Source: Macrostomum lignano (Eukaryota). From it: 64,000 nt of DNA. Every line of letters starts with the position of its first letter. Position 1 is the stretch's first letter. The stretch covers positions 186,001 to 250,000 of the forward strand of contig NIVC01000532.1 of the NCBI GenBank assembly GCA_002269645.1, read 5' to 3'. This document shows positions 59,895-64,000 of this stretch, piece by piece. Under the pieces are notes generated by a model. It saw only the letters and a program-made list of their open reading frames with translations. It did no database searches and was not told the DNA's origin. The translations under genes and the position numbers were made by a program.

Positions 59895-60778
59895 ATGTCG
59901 ACACCAAGGGTGCTCCTTCTCGCCCTGCTGAGCCTCGCCTGCCTGCGCAGCCTGCAGTCCTGCCAGCCGCCCTACCAGCCCGTGTCCGGCTTCTGCCTGC
60001 TCGTGAACACCACAGCCGCAGTCGGCTGGTGCCAGGCAGCTCGTCTGTGCCAGGCCGTCGGAGGCGAGCTGGTGATGGAGCCGGCCGCCATCCGGGCAGC
60101 TGCGCAGTTCGCCACGTACTCGTGGCTCTGGGTCGGCGTCACCGACATGCTGGAGGAGCGGCTCACCAGCAGGTGAGGCAATCAGCATCGAGTATCTAGT
60201 GTTTCTATCTTAAAGCTAATTTGGTGCTACTTTTGCGGAATAAAAAACTCTGAAAATCTCATCTGAATGCTCATTCATTAGTCTTCAATGCGTAAAGATG
60301 ACTATAGCTTAAATTATAATAGCTGATCTGATATTCTCATCTTCTCAGGAGCGGCTGGCGCATGACCAATGGAAGCGAATTTGTTGCCCCAGACTCTTAC
60401 TGGAGATCTGGCTGGCCAGATAATGGAGGCAGCTCGGATGACATTCTGGGTCTAATCAATGGTCTGCTTTACGACTTTGTCTCATCAAACGCCATCGGCT
60501 TCGTCTGCCAGCCCGTGGCGACGCCGAACAGCGGAACCTTCCGTCGGACCAGCTTCCTGCAGCTGGGCGACATCACGCCCTACTACTGCTACACGGAGGT
60601 GCAGTCGGTGCAGCGCAGGCTGCTCTGCGTTCGCCAGTGCGCTGCCCGCTGGGAGTGTCGGGCGGCTCTGTTCAACCGGGCCGAGTCTCGCTGCCGCATG
60701 CTGGACTTCGCCGACGCGAGCGCGGGCGACGCCATCGAGAAGAGCGGCGCTTGGGAGAAGTTCGTCAAGGTCTACTGA
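59895..60778 (+). CDS. Secreted C-type lectin + PAN/apple protein, copy E; exons 59895-60172 and 60349-60778 (235 aa)
   Basis: Intact frame with a one-codon deletion in exon 1. Most divergent ligand loop (WRSGWPDNGGSSDD). Confidence 0.9.
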
Positions 60779-61020
60779 GAGAAGCAGCGATGGCTAACAT
60801 GGCTATTTGAATTAAAACAACTCTTGATCCACAGGAGAGCAGCTTAACCAAAACTGGCAGAAACTGAACTCGAGTGCGCAATGTTAGCTCGAACGTAGTA
60901 GCAAAATACCACAAGCTTACTAAAGGCAAAAAACCGTATTCACAACTTCTAGATTGTTTGTTCCAACAGTAAATTTTTATTTTGATCTCAAATTTATCCC
61001 CCACTTGTCCCAGTCAAATA

Positions 61021-61120
61021 AGTCTATGGTCCAGTGTTGAAGCATTTATTTGTCCGGGACGAAGAAATATTTATTTGTCCCGGACGAAGAAACGATATAT
61101 TTATTTCCGTTTCGATCAGA
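61021..61120. mobile_element. 100-bp MITE-like element with 10-bp TIR
   Basis: AGTCTATGGT...ACCATAGACT with internal direct repeats TATTTATTTGTCC.GGACGAAGAAA. Confidence 0.4.
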
Positions 61121-64000
61121 ACCATAGACTGTTGAGCTATAGTTCTTTTTTTCCACAAGACCGAGCCAAGTTGTGGAAAAATACTATCTCTCCCGTTTAT
61201 TCATTTATCTGAAGGAATATCAACCTTCTGCTGGGGAAGAAGGCACTTTGTGAATATTACTCTAAGTGCCTCAAACTCAAACTGAGTAAGTTTTTCTTAC
61301 TCAAATGCGCGCGCATCTTAGACTTGGACTCATAGTTCAGACTAGTTTAGATGAATGAATCAAAGAGACGAGTGCATTTGTATTTTACGCTTGATATTCT
61401 CATGCAGTTCTTTGTTAGTTTCCGAATTTCAGTCTCGGTGAGGATGTAAAAGTATTTAGAAAATGAAGTTTCAAAGTTGTTGCAATTTGCTGTTTTCACC
61501 TGAAACGATGTAGTTGTGCAATTACGTTCGCCCATAATTTAGATCATGCTTTGGACATTAAAAAAGTTTAAGAGCTATCAGTTGATTGTTTTTAGTACCC
61601 CTATACCCCAGCCTTGGCTTGTTGAGCACACGGCCTGCTGTATCTGTGGCAGCTTTCTCTAATTTCCAAATATTTGCACGAGTACCATGTCGTGTATCGA
61701 ATTTTCTTCTAGAAGTTTCATTGTGCCTGGGTACCAGCGCGAGGCATCACTCAAGTTTAGCAGTAAGCGGATGAGGAGTTTGCTTTTCTACTTTTTTACG
61801 GAAGCTGAGGCTCATGCTTTACGCGATGGCAATGAGGCAAAGACATTGTCATGGCGTGAATAATCGCTAAAGCTTTTTTGAGCCCACAGAGGAAGACAAA
61901 TATTGATTTAATTGCACTGGGTGCGAAGGAGAGTTTTCGGAGTCAACCACAGTCAGCGATCTGAGAGACTTTCTCAAGACACTCGCCAGGAAGTTTCACT
62001 TCCGGTAGTAATATGTTGACTCAGTGTTGGTGTTATAAACGCAGTAGTGTAGCTGATTGAGTATATTTCTTAGTCAACAAGCAACACAGTTAAGAGAGGA
62101 TGAAGCCAGAGGGCGAAAGCGATTTGATCGCTATAGCAGTTTCAGACATTGACAAAGGCTATACAGCATCGTCCGAGAAAAATCTAGAATTGGGGAAACT
62201 AAAGGCAGTCACTATAATTAGCATAGATACGAACTGCAATTTACAATTAATGGCTGGCACAAGCATGAATTCGCTCTATTTCTTCTGGGGTAGGGCGATG
62301 CATAGACATCAGCAATCGGTAGCGTGCAACAAACGAAACGAAAATCAACAGGGAAAGTCGACGAATGCGTTGAATCGTCAGCAATCACTCTTCTTGAGAC
62401 CGAAATAGTAGTAACGTAGGTATTCGTAGAGCTTCCACGAGTCCATAATGACGCAGTCGTCCTCCGTATGCTCCCATTAGAGAGGACTTGAAGTATCCAC
62501 CGTGGCGCATCATCTGCTCTTGAGTCGTCTTTGGCAGAGACCTTAACTCCACGGCGTCCAAGTCAATTGTCGCATGTTCAACTGGAAGCTCCGGCAATGG
62601 TCCATATCACCAGGTTTGGTCAGCCATTAGATAAAGTTGAAAAGCACCGCGTCATCCTGGTGGTCATCCTGGTCATCCTTGGCACTCAGTTCAGATATCA
62701 GCTGGCTTAACTCACTACTTGTCACACTGTGAGATTGGCCCCAGTTGATGAGAGCCATGTTTAATAAGAATAGCTGAGACGTAGGAGAAGCTCTCGCATA
62801 GATCTTATATCAAATCACCGCTTCTTGGAATGAATGGTTCCCATAGACTCAATGGTTTTGCTGGGTGCCACTGAGTGGCCTATCTTGTGTATATAAAATC
62901 TATGCTCTACACTAAGGTCTCTCTCGTCTATCTGTCTTCCTAGCTAGCGCCTCCCTCCATCATCTTTAGGCCCCACCCACAGAACTTACACAGAATGCTC
63001 AGTCAGCTTTTTTTTAGAATAGAACTGAGTAGAAATAGATGCGCGCTCACACTACTTTGTCGATGAAGAGGAATGAGTAGCCATAGGTTTGTCTATGGCC
63101 AAAACCTCGGGGTTTCCGCGAGCGCCTATGAGGCGAAGGCTTAGTATGTTGCGAGAGTCAAAACAAAGTTACCCGTCTAGATAATACAAAATCTGTGCTT
63201 TGGACTGCGTGGCTTTGAGTATTAAGAGAGGAAGAAGAATTTTTGCTAAGCAAAATGCTGAGATGTGGCGGTCCACTGCCGCCAACTTATTAACATAATG
63301 CGGACTGCAGAGCTTTGCCTAAATGCCTCTCTTACTTTTATATCTATGGCCCAAATAGACGCTCAAATTGAGAAGCCAGGCCGAACTTGAGGCCTGGCAA
63401 GTGGACTTTCTTTACTCGCTCGCACAGCCTTAGGCGAGCCGCTACAGAGAAGCTAATTGCTTTATGCCATCTGCAAAATCACGGACACAGTGCGCAGCCT
63501 ACGGCTGCCCAAACTGCACTTTTGAATGTCCACCTGGAACACGATTCCACAGGTTTCCATCAGACCGTGATCGGTGAGTTGCAGATTGCGAAATGACCAA
63601 CTTCGTCATTCTTTCTGTAGAAGCCTTCGTACTTTTCGTACCTTTATCTACATTTAGCAACTGCGACTGATATAATTGAAATTACAGGTGTGAAGATTGG
63701 GCTCGACGGATATTCCGAGCTGACCTTATAGGCAAGAAGCTGTTCGAGCACAAATGGGCGAATGCTGTTGTATGCAGTCAGCACTTCGAGGACCACATGT
63801 ACATGTGTCCGAAAAATTGTCACGAGGTTCACAGTCGACTTGCTTGGAATGCAATTCCTACGCAAAAAGCTCTACAAGCAAGCCGTAACAAAGCAAATAC
63901 ATCGGCTGCCTCCAAAGCAGAGAACTGATTCTCCAGCATCTCTGCATCAAACTCGCGGAAGTGGTAAAGTGCAAAACGAGAATGAAGTTCCTTTTATGAG

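Noticed and set aside
4844-60778. Diversity-generating retroelement acting on the C-type lectin
   Set aside because: Differences are not adenine-restricted (CTG/CTT, TTG/TTT, TTC/TTT, GAC/GAT), no invariant template repeat is present, and the only RT is a decayed Gypsy YVDD fragment.

Overview
Eukaryotic (animal) genomic DNA, not prokaryotic: GT-AG introns, GC-rich exons with polyQ/polyA runs, and AT-rich, satellite-laden introns. The style resembles a free-living flatworm such as Macrostomum (inference only). A central island holds three conserved host genes: an intronless arrestin-domain gene (-), a 5-exon CoREST/RCOR gene (+) and a 6-exon FCHO/muniscin gene (+, one apparent frameshift). 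Both sides carry a co-oriented family of two-exon genes for secreted C-type-lectin + PAN/apple proteins: 3 intact copies, 1 frameshifted copy, 1 shattered copy and 1 deletion relic. The most striking signal is in this family. The PAN domain is almost identical between copies even at silent sites (1-3 differences in 273 nt). The lectin ligand-loop segment just upstream is about 14% divergent and mosaic, and the introns, promoters and 3' flanks are diverged or non-homologous. This suggests a variable/constant recognition-protein system shaped by exon-restricted gene conversion. The rest is transposon debris (piggyBac, a 5-kb Mutator with TSD, a fresh long-TIR mariner, two Crypton-like elements, Gypsy, LINEs, hAT and Helitron-like pieces) and at least 11 distinct tandem arrays. 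No rRNA, tRNA or CRISPR array was found. All alignments and counts were done by eye.
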